In this document: positions 18,827 to 28,717 of the stretch, piece after piece
Position numbering within the stretch: position 1 is the first letter of the stretch
How the letters are laid out: each line of letters starts with the position of its first letter
Assembly: GCF_020091645.1 (NCBI RefSeq)
Contig: NZ_CP083585.1
Direction: 5' to 3' (one strand)
DNA from: Escherichia coli
Lineage (GTDB): Bacteria > Pseudomonadota > Gammaproteobacteria > Enterobacterales > Enterobacteriaceae
Length of the DNA: 32,000 bases
Program-made: the position numbers and the translations under genes
Notes under the pieces: generated by a model
Databases searched by the model: none
Told to the model about the DNA's origin: nothing
What the model saw: the letters and a program-made list of their open reading frames with translations, nothing else

Positions 18827-18858
18827 CCTGTACGCCCATTATTAATTGGGCGTACAGG
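18827..18858. terminator. Strong hairpin, probable terminator after the autotransporter
   Basis: Perfect 12-bp stem CCTGTACGCCCA-TTATTAAT-TGGGCGTACAGG, 17 nt after the stop codon. Confidence 0.6.
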
Positions 18859-18940
18859 CCTCTCATTACATTTTAATATTTAAATTCAATTCAAAATTCA
18901 CATCATAATCTATTAATTATTAAACATTAACATTCTTACA

Positions 18941-19429
18941 TCAAATCAAGCATCGCACTCTGAAGCAAGTAGCCATCTGCCTGCTTCCTTTGATCTGCGA
19001 GAAGTTTGTGGCAGTGATCACCAATCCCCCCTGTGCGCGAGCAGCTTTCAGTCCAGCTTTTGTTCGTTCAACAATCAGTTCACGCTCCATTTCAGCCAGG
19101 GCACCCATCACATGAAAGAAAAAGCGCCCCATTGGGGTACTGGTATCAATTGAATCCGTCAGACTACGAAAGTTGATGCCTCGTTCGCGCAACTCCTCCA
19201 CCAGCACGACAAGATGCCGCATACTGCGCCCCAGTCGGTCCAGTTTCCAGACCACCAGCGTGTCACCTGCCGATAATGTCCTGAGCAGCTTTTTCAGTCC
19301 TGGTCTGTCGGACTTTGTACCGCTTATCTTGTCTTCAAAAATCAGCTCACATCCTGCACAGTTCAGCGCATTACGTTGTAGATCGGTATTCTGGTCATTT
19401 GTTGATACACGTACATAGCCAATAAGCAT
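18941..19429 (-). pseudogene. DNA invertase (Gin/Hin/Pin family), C-terminus replaced
   Basis: MLIGYVRVSTNDQNTDLQRNAL...KLDRLGRSMRHLV...FRSLTDSIDTSTPMGRFFFHVMGALAEMERELIVERTKAGLKAARAQG then unrelated GLVITATNFSQIKGSRQMATCFRVRCLI; no HTH domain. Confidence 0.8.
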
Positions 19430-19483
19430 GTTAAATCCCCCTGGTAAAAGCAGGAATGATGCCATTTGCTTGTTATTTCTTCA

Positions 19484-19509
19484 TTTTCATAAACGTTGGT
19501 TTGGGAGAA
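19484..19509 (+). promoter_or_regulatory. Invertase crossover site (hix/gix-like), copy 2
   Basis: TTTTCATAAACG-TT-GGTTTGGGAGAA; reverse complement TTCTCCCAAACC-AA-CGTTTATGAAAA pairs with the site at 21026. Confidence 0.75.
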
Positions 19510-19839
19510 GCCAGATATGTCATTCAACGAGGAGCTAATGCCAATGGTGCATGGATACGCTGGTCAGATGGTGCAATAGAAGTCTTTGGAACGGGTGGTA
19601 CTAATGATAATGGACTGGCTAAAGTCGTTTATCCAATTGCGCTACCTAAGCTTTCACGTTTTATCAGCATAGCGGAAAGAATAAGAACGGATTACGGGAG
19701 CACATCTAATAACGTTCACGTTTCAATGATCGTGGATGACCAGGTCACTAATACCGGTTTTTATGTCCACTGCCAGATGTACGACGGAAGACCATCAACA
19801 AGTGCTTTTTCTTGGAGAGTTTATTGTGCGCCTGTTTAA
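19507..19839 (+). CDS. Silent alternate tail-fibre C-terminal cassette (Sv')
   Basis: ARYVIQRGANANGAWIRWSDGAIEVFGTGG...FSWRVYCAPV; has no genuine N-terminus of its own and begins at the crossover site. Confidence 0.75.
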   Translation, partial: EARYVIQRGANANGAWIRWSDGAIEVFGTGGTNDNGLAKVVYPIALPKLSRFISIAERIRTDYGSTSNNVHVSMIVDDQVTNTGFYVHCQMYDGRPSTSAFSWRVYCAPV

Positions 19840-20023
19840 TCCTGTTACTTTGACTGAAGTAATCCCCGGTCTTCATGACGTGACCGGGGCTGTTGAATTA
19901 CCAGAAGATAACTGGTTTTTTACTGCATCTGAAATCCCTGAAGGAATGGAAATATCTGTTAACGAGAAGAGCGAACCCATTCTGATTGAGATTAAACCAT
20001 CTCAGGTGGAACTGGCCAGATAA
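19826..20023 (+). pseudogene. Alternate tail-fibre assembly protein (Tfa'), short
   Basis: GTG start, MRLFNPVTLTEVIPGLHDVTGAVELPEDNWFFTASEIPEGMEISVNEKSEPILIEIKPSQVELAR; only the N-terminal 65 aa of a Tfa-like protein. Confidence 0.65.
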
Positions 20024-20603
20024 CCCCCGGCGCGTTGCTGGTATCCGTTGCTATCACCGCGTCAATGTAATCCAGCACGGCGTTTAGTCGGGTTGTTTCT
20101 GCTTGCGTCAGCTTCCGTCCGGCCTGTAATTTCAGTTGAAGCAGGCTAATGGAAGCCATAGCAGCATCAATCAGCGACTGGCGCTGTGCTTCTGCCGCGT
20201 CTACTGCGGCGCTACGCTGTGCCTCGGTATCCGTCACCCATTTCTCTCCATCCCATTTATCGTATGGCGTTAATGGGGCGATAGTGGTGGTTCCTTCCGG
20301 GTATTCTCCCAACTGTGAAATAGTCACAGGTTTGCCAGTAGCCGTGCTGTAAACGGTTTCGCCGCGATGGTCTGCAACGTATTCCCAACCGGTCAAATCA
20401 GCCGTCCTGCAGACAGCAAAGCCGTCCTTTTTGCTGATTGGCGCATCCACGCATGAATTGCCTGGAACGCCAACGCCAACGGGAAGATATTCTAACGATG
20501 CGGAAGTAAACTCCATCGTTTCTCCGTTGTAGTTGTAAACAGTGATAAAGCCAGCTTCCGTGGCGAACCCGTTTTCATCCAGGGTGATTTCTTTTGTGGT
20601 CAT
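19992..20603 (-). CDS. Tail-fibre assembly protein (Tfa family)
   Basis: 203 aa with GYITVYNY-like N-terminus, YPEGTTTIAPLTPYDKWDGEKWVTDTEAQRSAAVDAAEAQRQSLI...; directly after the fibre gene. Confidence 0.82.
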   Translation of the reverse strand: MTTKEITLDENGFATEAGFITVYNYNGETMEFTSASLEYLPVGVGVPGNSCVDAPISKKDGFAVCRTADLTGWEYVADHRGETVYSTATGKPVTISQLGEYPEGTTTIAPLTPYDKWDGEKWVTDTEAQRSAAVDAAEAQRQSLIDAAMASISLLQLKLQAGRKLTQAETTRLNAVLDYIDAVIATDTSNAPGVIWPVPPEMV

Positions 20604-21328
20604 TATACTGCCCTTACAATGTAGTTGAATGCAATGTTGCGCGGACGGGTTTCTGAACCACCCACATCGACGGTTGATCGAGTAGGCTGATTTACTATTT
20701 CCATGTTGACGTCAGCCGTAACGACGTCGAACCCCGCCGTAGGATCAAAGCCTTTCAACCCACATGAACGGTCAAAGTTATGGCTGTGGGATTTAAATGC
20801 ATCGCCCTGAGTAGACAGCAAAACGCGACCATTATCCGCACCGCGCCCGTCATCCCAACCGCGAATGAATTCACCGCGTAAATCAGGCAATTTATTTGTC
20901 GGGTAAGCCTTTGCCAGTTCCGGGTATTCTTCAGCAGAAAAATCCGCACCATTGCATTTCAGCCAGCCTGTTGGCGGTGTGGCTGAAGGCCACGGAACAG
21001 GTACACCAACGGGTAATGCAGAGCCTTCTCCCAAACCAAGGTTTTCGAGAGCCGTTTGCACAGTGCCATCCGATTTGATATCGCCAAACGGATTCTTGCG
21101 GCTTAACAGCAGCGCGCGAAGCGCGGTAAGTAGCTGGTCGTGCCGCCCCTTATCCAGGCTGGCACCGGACGCTTCCACAACGCTGCAAAGCTCCTCCTGC
21201 AACATGTCAAAGTAGTCATCATCCAGATCGGTGGCAGGCGTGCCGGTCTGGGGGTTACCACGGGTAAAACCGTTCTTACCCGCGCCGAACTTATCCTTCT
21301 GCGCGGTTTTCGTGTCTATACGATGCAT
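20603..21328 (-). CDS. Tail fibre protein with collar domain
   Basis: [55 protein letters not shown]...[23 protein letters not shown]...[14 protein letters not shown]. Confidence 0.85.
   Translation of the reverse strand: MHRIDTKTAQKDKFGAGKNGFTRGNPQTGTPATDLDDDYFDMLQEELCSVVEASGASLDKGRHDQLLTALRALLLSRKNPFGDIKSDGTVQTALENLGLGEGSALPVGVPVPWPSATPPTGWLKCNGADFSAEEYPELAKAYPTNKLPDLRGEFIRGWDDGRGADNGRVLLSTQGDAFKSHSHNFDRSCGLKGFDPTAGFDVVTADVNMEIVNQPTRSTVDVGGSETRPRNIAFNYIVRAV
21026..21051 (+). promoter_or_regulatory. Invertase crossover site (hix/gix-like), copy 1
   Basis: TTCTCCCAAACC-AA-GGTTTTCGAGAG inside the fibre gene; close to recalled hixL (TTCTTGAAAACCAAGGTTTTTGATAA). Confidence 0.78.
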
Positions 21329-21331
21329 GGA

Positions 21332-21916
21332 TTACTCCGGATATTTAAAAATTACGTAGGTATGCGACGGGCAGAGTTTGTTAAGCACACACTCGACAAC
21401 GGTGTCGCCCCAGATACGCAGCGCGGAATCACAGGGATCGCCACATGTCATCCAGGTGGTGTTGGTGGTGGTTGGCATGTTGACCTGCCAGTAATACCGC
21501 CATTCCGGCGCATTCACCGCGTCAGTACAGGCCGATGAGCAGGTGAACGTGCTTTTGTCGTATCGCGTGATGGTGGCATCTGGTCTGCCCAGGGCAGCAA
21601 GCTGTGCAAGATAAAAATCCTCGTTGATGCCGCCCGCCAGGTTAACCTTCGCATCCAGCCGTTGCTGACGCTGGCGAAGGGTCTGCGTTCCCGCCGGAAT
21701 ACATTCATCCGGCAGACCGCACAGACGCTCCCAGCGGTTTATCAGTTCAGTGGTGGTGCGCGGATCCAGCTCCCGCATCAGGGCATCCGCACGCTGATGA
21801 ACACGGGTTAATGACGGTGCCGCACCGGCAATCGCCGGATCGCTGGCTGACCACGCCGGACCGGGCGGCAACAGTGCCGATAACAGGCGGATGTAATCAT
21901 CGTTTGTCACGTCCAT
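21332..21916 (-). CDS. Mu gp48-like/YmfQ family tail protein
   Basis: LLPPGPAWS...[24 protein letters not shown]...[27 protein letters not shown] typical of DUF2313. Confidence 0.82.
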   Translation of the reverse strand: MDVTNDDYIRLLSALLPPGPAWSASDPAIAGAAPSLTRVHQRADALMRELDPRTTTELINRWERLCGLPDECIPAGTQTLRQRQQRLDAKVNLAGGINEDFYLAQLAALGRPDATITRYDKSTFTCSSACTDAVNAPEWRYYWQVNMPTTTNTTWMTCGDPCDSALRIWGDTVVECVLNKLCPSHTYVIFKYPE

Positions 21917-22965
21917 GAAATCGTCCCCAGTACCGCCAGTTCGTTTTTCGCAATGGAGATATTGTCCGCCGGTGCAAGCAACTGATGGCTGTATTCCCCG
22001 TTCGCACCGGAAATCGCTTCACTGATACGTGACACCTTCAGTTCTCCCTGCGGATAACCATCACGCAGCAGGAACGAACGCAACTCCGCGGTAATGGCAG
22101 CCCGTATTTCCGGTGTGTCCGGCGTCACGCGGATATGAAAATCCACCGTATGTGCCACCGGCCTGAATACATACAAATCAGAGCCTGCCACCGGGGCCAG
22201 TGGCCCGATATGTTGTCTTGCTGCCGTTTCCGTTGATTCTTCCGGAATGGGATTAATCAGGTCACTGCTGGCAATCATCACACCGACAGTTCCCGTTCCC
22301 ATCCAGTGACGGTATGTCCATGCGCGGGTAATGCCGGGCACTTCTTTAGCCCAGACGACATAGTCCCCGTCAGCCCCGCCCTGCGGCGTCCAGTAATACC
22401 GCTCAATGACGCGGGCGCGCCACGTTTCCAGCTCTTCAGTATCAAATCCGCCTGTCAGGGTGTCAGCCACACCGGAAGACGGCAGACCATTCACCGGCGT
22501 GACCAGGATTAATGCCGTACCGTCGTCAGCGTTACCGACCGCGCCTGTAGTTGAGCAAGTGATCGGCACACGCAGGACACCACCAGTGCTGGTTGCATCG
22601 GCAGTTGCCGTGTACTGAACCAGGTCATCGCGCTGAATAACACTCCCGGCGGTCACCTTCAGGCCATCGCTGACACCTTCCAAGCGCATATACCCGCTGG
22701 CAGCCGTGGCCCCCTTGCGCGGACACCGTTTCATCGCAGCATGTCGCGCCAGCCAGGACTCATCGCACAGGTCAGGCAGCATATTCATTGCCAGATAATC
22801 GATGTACCCGTAAACCGTATGCAGCGCCGCCGCATACACCTTTGCCCGCACGTCTTCATCCATGCGCCGGAGCGTGTCGCTGACGTCCAGCCTGGCGAAT
22901 AAATCGTTACGGAGCATACTGATATTTTCTGCCAGCGTCGGGCGCTGAAATTCACTGTCCGCCAT
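21907..22965 (-). CDS. Baseplate J-like protein (Mu gp47-like)
   Basis: 352 aa; [42 protein letters not shown] typical of baseplate J. Confidence 0.87.
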   Translation of the reverse strand: MADSEFQRPTLAENISMLRNDLFARLDVSDTLRRMDEDVRAKVYAAALHTVYGYIDYLAMNMLPDLCDESWLARHAAMKRCPRKGATAASGYMRLEGVSDGLKVTAGSVIQRDDLVQYTATADATSTGGVLRVPITCSTTGAVGNADDGTALILVTPVNGLPSSGVADTLTGGFDTEELETWRARVIERYYWTPQGGADGDYVVWAKEVPGITRAWTYRHWMGTGTVGVMIASSDLINPIPEESTETAARQHIGPLAPVAGSDLYVFRPVAHTVDFHIRVTPDTPEIRAAITAELRSFLLRDGYPQGELKVSRISEAISGANGEYSHQLLAPADNISIAKNELAVLGTISWT

Positions 22966-23380
22966 GCGTTATCGCACTCCACAGATCATCAAAAGAAATC
23001 ATTACCGGTCCGTCACGACGCCAGAGAGTGATACTGTTACCCAGTTCATTAATCCCGGTGCGGCGGATATCCAGATCAATACGGGACACCACGCCGTCAT
23101 CAATCATCCATTGCAGGCATTCGCGGATATACCCCCTTACCGTCTGCACCAGCTGATTGGTCAGTTTGCTGCGCTGAAGCAGCCACAGTCGGGAGCCGTA
23201 ACGGTCATTCTGTACCGCAGGCCAGGTATCCCCCCACCATCCCATCGGGACGTCGGCATTGTCATCAGGTTCAGCCCGCCGCCAGGTGAACAGGGAAATC
23301 ACCACGGCACGGGTCAGCGGATCCAGCGGTGCGCTGGCGCAGGTGCGTTTACCGTTCACCGTCAGCCACAGTTCCATCAT
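22952..23380 (-). CDS. GP46-family baseplate protein
   Basis: VSLFTWRRAEPDDNADVPMGWWGDTWP...RLWLLQRSKLT typical of Phage GP46. Confidence 0.87.
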   Translation of the reverse strand: MMELWLTVNGKRTCASAPLDPLTRAVVISLFTWRRAEPDDNADVPMGWWGDTWPAVQNDRYGSRLWLLQRSKLTNQLVQTVRGYIRECLQWMIDDGVVSRIDLDIRRTGINELGNSITLWRRDGPVMISFDDLWSAITHGGQ

Positions 23381-23925
23381 GCCTCCATCGCTTTATCAGG
23401 TTTGTCGGTGTTACTGCCCTGACCGTTCTCTCTGTGACGATGCCCGTTATAGGCAAGCCGCATCGCTGACATGGTGGTGCCGCTGGAGTCGCACAGGTCT
23501 TTCACCTGTCCGGTCACTTCCAGGTCCATTTCAAAACGAGCCTTAGGCGCATTGCGAAACGTGATCGTTTTACCTGCACCGTCCACCACGATCCCCTCCC
23601 GGGTCAGCGTCACGGACTGCCCCTGATCGTCATAGACAGCCACCTCACCCGTCTGCAGCCCTTTCAGGCGGTAGCGCCGGTCCGACACCGTAACAACCAC
23701 CGCATGAGAACGGTCGCCATCCGGAAACAACACCACCGCTTCCGCACCGCTGTTTGCCCTTGAGGTAAAACCGTAGGGTTCAAGATGTTCAACCCCGGCT
23801 TTGGGTTCACCGGCAATCAGAGACACATCCACGGTCTGACATTTCGTGGCGGCACTGATGCTTTTCACCACTGCCCGCCCAATCAGGCCGAGGAGTTGTC
23901 GCTGCATGGCTTCAATCGTCCTCAT
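23377..23925 (-). CDS. Baseplate assembly protein V (Mu gp45-like)
   Basis: FTSRANSGAEAVVLFPDGDRSHAVVVTVSDRRYRLKGLQTGEVAVYDDQGQSVTL. Confidence 0.87.
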   Translation of the reverse strand: MRTIEAMQRQLLGLIGRAVVKSISAATKCQTVDVSLIAGEPKAGVEHLEPYGFTSRANSGAEAVVLFPDGDRSHAVVVTVSDRRYRLKGLQTGEVAVYDDQGQSVTLTREGIVVDGAGKTITFRNAPKARFEMDLEVTGQVKDLCDSSGTTMSAMRLAYNGHRHRENGQGSNTDKPDKAMEA

Positions 23926-25004
23926 CAGAACGGGTCCTCCTGTACTCTGGCTTTTTTCTTTTTCCGCGCGCCGGGGGCTTCGGGTTCAGGCAGATAAGCA
24001 TCTGGTGGGCCGACACGGATTTCCGTCAGGGTGCCGTTCTGGTCCTGAGTAAACGTGACTTCCGAAACAAGCAGTTCGGTATTGTCGAAACCACAGACCG
24101 GATCGAAGACAATCACCCGCTGGTTGGGCTGCCACAGCGTACCGTTACCCTGTCGCCAGCCCTGCACCACATAGGTGGTTTCATCCGTCCGCGCCGCCCG
24201 TTGTCGGGCTTCAAAGTCAGCACGCGCAATACAGCCTGCCCCCGTGGCCTGCCCTGTCTGCCTGATATACATCGGACGGTAACGGGCAATAAATGCGTCC
24301 TCTGTGCGGGCCCGCAGCGCGGTGGTGGTGGCCTCACCGAAATCATCGTCGTTTCCGGCACGCTGCCCCGCCACCTGGTAAACAGAAAACCGCTCCCGGA
24401 TACTCTTCTCCGTATCGCAGGAAAGGATGTTTTCCCCGAGTACCAGCGCGGTATGTGCCCGCGTTGAGCCAATACCGCCAATCACCAGCCTGCCGTGCGG
24501 GTCGTCGTAAGCCAGTGCCTGCTGCTGACCGAGTATTTTGTTGATCACCTCAATCACCGTTTCGCCGTGATCGGGCTGGACGTCAGGAATAACACCCGAC
24601 GGCGCACCGTTGTTCACCACCTCAATGCCGAAAGGCGCAGCAAGCGCCTGCGCTATCTGTACCAGCGATCGTCCGTTAAACTGTGTCGGTTCGGCTGCAC
24701 AGTCAATCAGGTCAGCGGTCAGACTGCGTCCGGCAATACCGGTGCTGACCGAACGGGCATCGTAACGAACGGGCGTCGCCTCCACCCAGCCGGTGATCAC
24801 CAGCTCATCACCAATCAGCACCTCCACTTTTGAACCGTTTTTAATGCGCGGCTGAAGCGTGGTGATACCCTCATCTCCCGGCCACTGGCGAGTGATCTCC
24901 ACACTGAAATCCCGCGCCAGCCGTTCAATACCGGCACCGATGCGCACCGATGTCCAGCCATTCCACTCCCGGCCATTTACCCGTAGCGTGACATTGTCGT
25001 TCAT
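23925..25004 (-). CDS. Baseplate hub/tail protein (Mu gp44/P-like)
   Basis: VNGREWNGWTSVRIGAGIERLARDFSVEIT...FKAR-type repeats AIDCTAQPTQFNGRSL-like region; position between gp43 and gp45 homologues. Confidence 0.83.
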   Translation of the reverse strand: MNDNVTLRVNGREWNGWTSVRIGAGIERLARDFSVEITRQWPGDEGITTLQPRIKNGSKVEVLIGDELVITGWVEATPVRYDARSVSTGIAGRSLTADLIDCAAEPTQFNGRSLVQIAQALAAPFGIEVVNNGAPSGVIPDVQPDHGETVIEVINKILGQQQALAYDDPHGRLVIGGIGSTRAHTALVLGENILSCDTEKSIRERFSVYQVAGQRAGNDDDFGEATTTALRARTEDAFIARYRPMYIRQTGQATGAGCIARADFEARQRAARTDETTYVVQGWRQGNGTLWQPNQRVIVFDPVCGFDNTELLVSEVTFTQDQNGTLTEIRVGPPDAYLPEPEAPGARKKKKARVQEDPF

Positions 25005-26377
25005 TGCACTGGCACCTTCAGAGGGATCACCGGCACAAAGCCGGGATGCGTAATGGCATTACGCCGGATAATGTCCGCATCACGCGCCGCGTTATCAAAC
25101 CAGGTCGCCGCCAGCACCAGCGCGGGTAAAACCTCATCCGGCGTGCGCTGAATGATCCGTGCAGACTGTTCAAGGCGCGTGTTGATATCCGCATTCAGAT
25201 CTGCTTTCACCCGGCGCAGCGCCAGAAACAGCGCATCACTGGTTGTACGGGACAACTCCTTATCAATTGCCGTATTCAGTGTGTCGCGAATGTCAGTCAG
25301 TTCTTCCCACGTCGGCAGGTCAACTGTGTTTTTCACCGCCGGTGCATTGTTCAGTGCCGGATGCGTGACGGAAGGCCAGCCAGTGCTCTGCGCAGGTGTT
25401 GTTGCCTGCCCCACTGCGGAATTCTGCATCACCGCGGAAGTTGTTGGCGCAGGCAATCGGGTGACGGCATACGCCGCTTCGCTGATTGCGGTCGTACGAA
25501 GGGTGCTGGCAACCACGTTACGCTGCTGCGTCGCCGTGGCGGTGGTTTTACTGTCCGTTTTCCAGACGCCGCGCGGTTGCAGATCGCTGCCGAGGCTGAC
25601 ACCGGAAAGCGTTTTGATCATGGTGACCAGGTCGCTGGCGTTACCATAAAGGCGTTTCCCGGTACGCCACATTTTCTGCACCTGCTCAACGAAATTTTTG
25701 CCTGACGATGGCGGCGGCAGAAGTACCGAGATATCCCCCTGCAACAGCCTGGCGGCATCCGATACGGCAGAATCCACCACTTTCATCGCATCAGAAACAT
25801 ACCCCAGCATTATGCTGGCATTACCGATAACGTCGTTCTGCACGAAATCCGCCACACCATCGATACTGAAACCGCTGAAGCTGTCACTGATGCAGTCATC
25901 CAGTGCAGAACAGGATGACATCAGCGTCTGCGCCGTCGCCGCACCTGAAGTGGGGTAAGAGAGTTCTCCCGCTTCGACAAACTTCAGGTCAAAGCGGACA
26001 ATACGCCCTTCACTCTTCGATGTGCTGACCCGAACTTCTCCGTCAACACAGACTTTCAGCTCACCGTATGTCGGATGGACAAGCGTGCCGGGACCGGGTT
26101 TATTCAGCGCGTCAATCAGGCGATCGCGCTGGTCAAAGCAGTCATCTCCCACCACATAAGCCGTGATGGACGGGCGAAAAGTGATTTTCCCCAGGTCTTC
26201 GGTATAGGGTTTGTCGCGGTTCGGGTATTCATGTGTTTCCACACGGCGACCGGTTCCCGCACTTTCTTCTTCAACCTTAAACGGCACGCCGCGAAATGAC
26301 GCGTCCTGAAGTCTGTCACGCCAGCCTGAAGACGACGAAAGTAATGAAGGTCGGGTGGGAAATGAGGATAAATCCAT
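25001..26377 (-). CDS. DNA circularisation N-terminal domain protein (Mu gp43-like)
   Basis: WRDRLQDASFRGVPFKVEEESAGTGRRVETHEYPNRDKPYTEDLGK typical N-terminus. Confidence 0.87.
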   Translation of the reverse strand: MDLSSFPTRPSLLSSSSGWRDRLQDASFRGVPFKVEEESAGTGRRVETHEYPNRDKPYTEDLGKITFRPSITAYVVGDDCFDQRDRLIDALNKPGPGTLVHPTYGELKVCVDGEVRVSTSKSEGRIVRFDLKFVEAGELSYPTSGAATAQTLMSSCSALDDCISDSFSGFSIDGVADFVQNDVIGNASIMLGYVSDAMKVVDSAVSDAARLLQGDISVLLPPPSSGKNFVEQVQKMWRTGKRLYGNASDLVTMIKTLSGVSLGSDLQPRGVWKTDSKTTATATQQRNVVASTLRTTAISEAAYAVTRLPAPTTSAVMQNSAVGQATTPAQSTGWPSVTHPALNNAPAVKNTVDLPTWEELTDIRDTLNTAIDKELSRTTSDALFLALRRVKADLNADINTRLEQSARIIQRTPDEVLPALVLAATWFDNAARDADIIRRNAITHPGFVPVIPLKVPVQ

Positions 26378-26401
26378 AGACTGACCTCAAAAAGGACTGA
26401 G

Positions 26402-28309
26402 TTATCGTGGAAAACGAAAAGGGGAATACCCCACATCGTGCGTGATTTTCATCAGGGGATCGGCTTTGCCCGGTACATCAATTATCTTCATACCTGGCGG
26501 AGCATTCTCGAACGTGACTTTCAGCTCGCTGTGCTGTGTCATGGAAGAAGATGGATTCAACAGCGGAACATTGGGTTTGTACTGACTCAGGCTGGCCTGA
26601 TACTGCTCGTACTCTTTACGATCAAAAAAAGGCGTCCAGTCTGAAGCCAGAAACAGCCCTTTATTATCCAGCCAGTTAACCGTATCTTCAGGAACAACAC
26701 TTTCCAGAGTATCTTTAACCGGCTCATACATCAGGGTTCCCAGAAAACCATATACCCCGGCCTTCCCGATAAAGCCGCGGCCTTTCCCCATCAATCCCGT
26801 TTCTGCCGATACCTTCCCCAGCGTACGCATCTCTCTGGTCACTGCGGTAATGGATTTGGTAACGTCAGCAACCCATTTGGTTGCCATAAACAGGGCAATC
26901 GCTTTCAGAACAGTTTCCCATCCCCCCATCGCCTGCGCCGTTTCATCCACCACGTGCCAGACTTTTTTTATGACAGGACCTACGGTTTCCCAGTTATCAA
27001 TAATGAGGTAAGCGCCACCAACCAGAAGAGCAATCAGCCCCTTAGCAGGCGTCATATTCATCACACCGCCGAGAACTTTCATAATTCTGGACAAAGAGCC
27101 TGCAGCGGCTCCCACCGTCAGTAAGGCCAGACCGATTTTAGCAATGGTCTTAACGAGCTCCGGGTTTTCACGGACAAACGTTCTCACTTCCTCAAGGAGC
27201 GGTTTTACCGCTTCAAGACCATCATTAACCTCAGGAAGAAACGTTTCCCCCAGCGTGGAAGAAATGGCATCAAGTTGATTTTGCAGAAGTAAAAGCTGGT
27301 TTTCCGTCGTCGCTGCCCTCGAAGCATATTCCTTCTGCATCGAACTGCCATACTGCTGGGAATCCGCAACCCGCCTGAAGTTGGTACGCAACAAATCAAG
27401 GTTAGTCAGCAGAGGTGCTATCGCGCCCAGAGACTCTTTCCCGAACAGGGCATTCAGCACAGCTGCCTGTTTTTCTTTGGGCACTTTAGCCATCGCATCC
27501 AGTACAGACAGCATGGTTCCCCGGGCATCTTTCTGCATATCAGCAGCTAATTTCTTCGGATTGATCCGCAGAAAACGTAATGCCTGTTTCTGCGATTTTG
27601 TCGCGGAATTTCCCGCGGTCAGGGAAAGCATGAAGTTCTTGATCCCTGTGGCGGCAATTTCTGACTCCACGCCCATCCCGGCAATGGTTGCCCCCATTGC
27701 CGCGATTTCGCCGGAAGCCACACCTGCAACACCACCTAAAGGACCAATACGCGTAACAATATCGGAGATTTTCTTCGCATTCGCCGGGCCGGTATTACCA
27801 AGGTAGTTGATTTTGTCAGCCAGCCCGGCCACTTCATCCTGCGTCATATTAAACGCAGTACGCCACTGGGCCATCATCTGCCCGGACTCTTCAGCCGTGG
27901 TATCAAAGGCCACGCCCATCTTCACCGCATCAGTGGCAAACTGCATCAGTTCATCACGTGCAATCCCGGCCTGACCGCCAGCCGCCACAATTTCCGCGAT
28001 CCCGTCTGCAGACATGGGAAGCTCAGTAGACAAAGCGCGTACCTGCTCCGTCATGGCCTTAAACGCATCCGGCGTATCCAGACCGTCTACCACTTTGCGG
28101 ACATCAGCCATCTTCGATTCAAGGGTGATGGCTGATTTTACAGGGAGTGCCAGTGCCCCCATTATTGCAGTACCCGCCCCGGCAGCGCCCAGAGCAAGGC
28201 TGGAGACTTCTTTCTGAAACCCCTTAAGCTGACGCTGCATACCTTTAAGCGGGCCGGACAGCCTGTCAACGGCGGTGATGATGGCTTTCAGCTGAAAATT
28301 ATCAGCCAT
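26402..28309 (-). CDS. Phage tail tape measure protein
   Basis: 635 aa; DRLSGPLKGMQRQLKGFQKEVSS...SADGIAEIVAAGGQAGI...AFNMTQDEVAGLADKINYLGNTGPANAKKISDIVTRIG typical TP901-family core. Confidence 0.92.
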   Translation of the reverse strand: MADNFQLKAIITAVDRLSGPLKGMQRQLKGFQKEVSSLALGAAGAGTAIMGALALPVKSAITLESKMADVRKVVDGLDTPDAFKAMTEQVRALSTELPMSADGIAEIVAAGGQAGIARDELMQFATDAVKMGVAFDTTAEESGQMMAQWRTAFNMTQDEVAGLADKINYLGNTGPANAKKISDIVTRIGPLGGVAGVASGEIAAMGATIAGMGVESEIAATGIKNFMLSLTAGNSATKSQKQALRFLRINPKKLAADMQKDARGTMLSVLDAMAKVPKEKQAAVLNALFGKESLGAIAPLLTNLDLLRTNFRRVADSQQYGSSMQKEYASRAATTENQLLLLQNQLDAISSTLGETFLPEVNDGLEAVKPLLEEVRTFVRENPELVKTIAKIGLALLTVGAAAGSLSRIMKVLGGVMNMTPAKGLIALLVGGAYLIIDNWETVGPVIKKVWHVVDETAQAMGGWETVLKAIALFMATKWVADVTKSITAVTREMRTLGKVSAETGLMGKGRGFIGKAGVYGFLGTLMYEPVKDTLESVVPEDTVNWLDNKGLFLASDWTPFFDRKEYEQYQASLSQYKPNVPLLNPSSSMTQHSELKVTFENAPPGMKIIDVPGKADPLMKITHDVGYSPFRFPR

Positions 28310-28717
28310 GCTTCATCTCCTCATTTATACGGACGGCCTCTGCCTCCAGATCAGCAAAGTGGGAAATAGCCGTCCGGCGAAGTTCAAGGGGGTTTAATTT
28401 CCAGAACCACGCGACATTGTAGAATCGCTTCCGGAGGTCTCTTCCGTCTCCAAGCCGGTAAAAAAACGCATTACAATCATGCCTGCCTTGAAAATATCCA
28501 GCTTCGTCATCTGCGCTGCAGACGAGCGCGGGATCCCGGCCAGAAGCGGGATATATTTCAGCGCTACCTGACTGTCCATTTTCATACCACCATCAGGTGA
28601 AACAGAGAAAGGGAACCCCAGCGCCTCAATCTCGTCATACGTAGGCTCACGTATTTCCAGCACATGCAGTGTTTCTTTGTGGGCGATGATCGGTTTTTTA
28701 AGTACAAGCTCAATCAC
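28302..28717 (-). CDS. Tail assembly chaperone, predicted -1 frameshift fusion
   Basis: Zero frame 28394-28717; slippery T TTT TTT at 28460-28466; -1 frame continues YRLGDGRDLRKRFYNVAWFWKLNPLELRRTAISHFADLEAEAVRINEEMKHG to a stop at 28302-28304. Confidence 0.75.
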
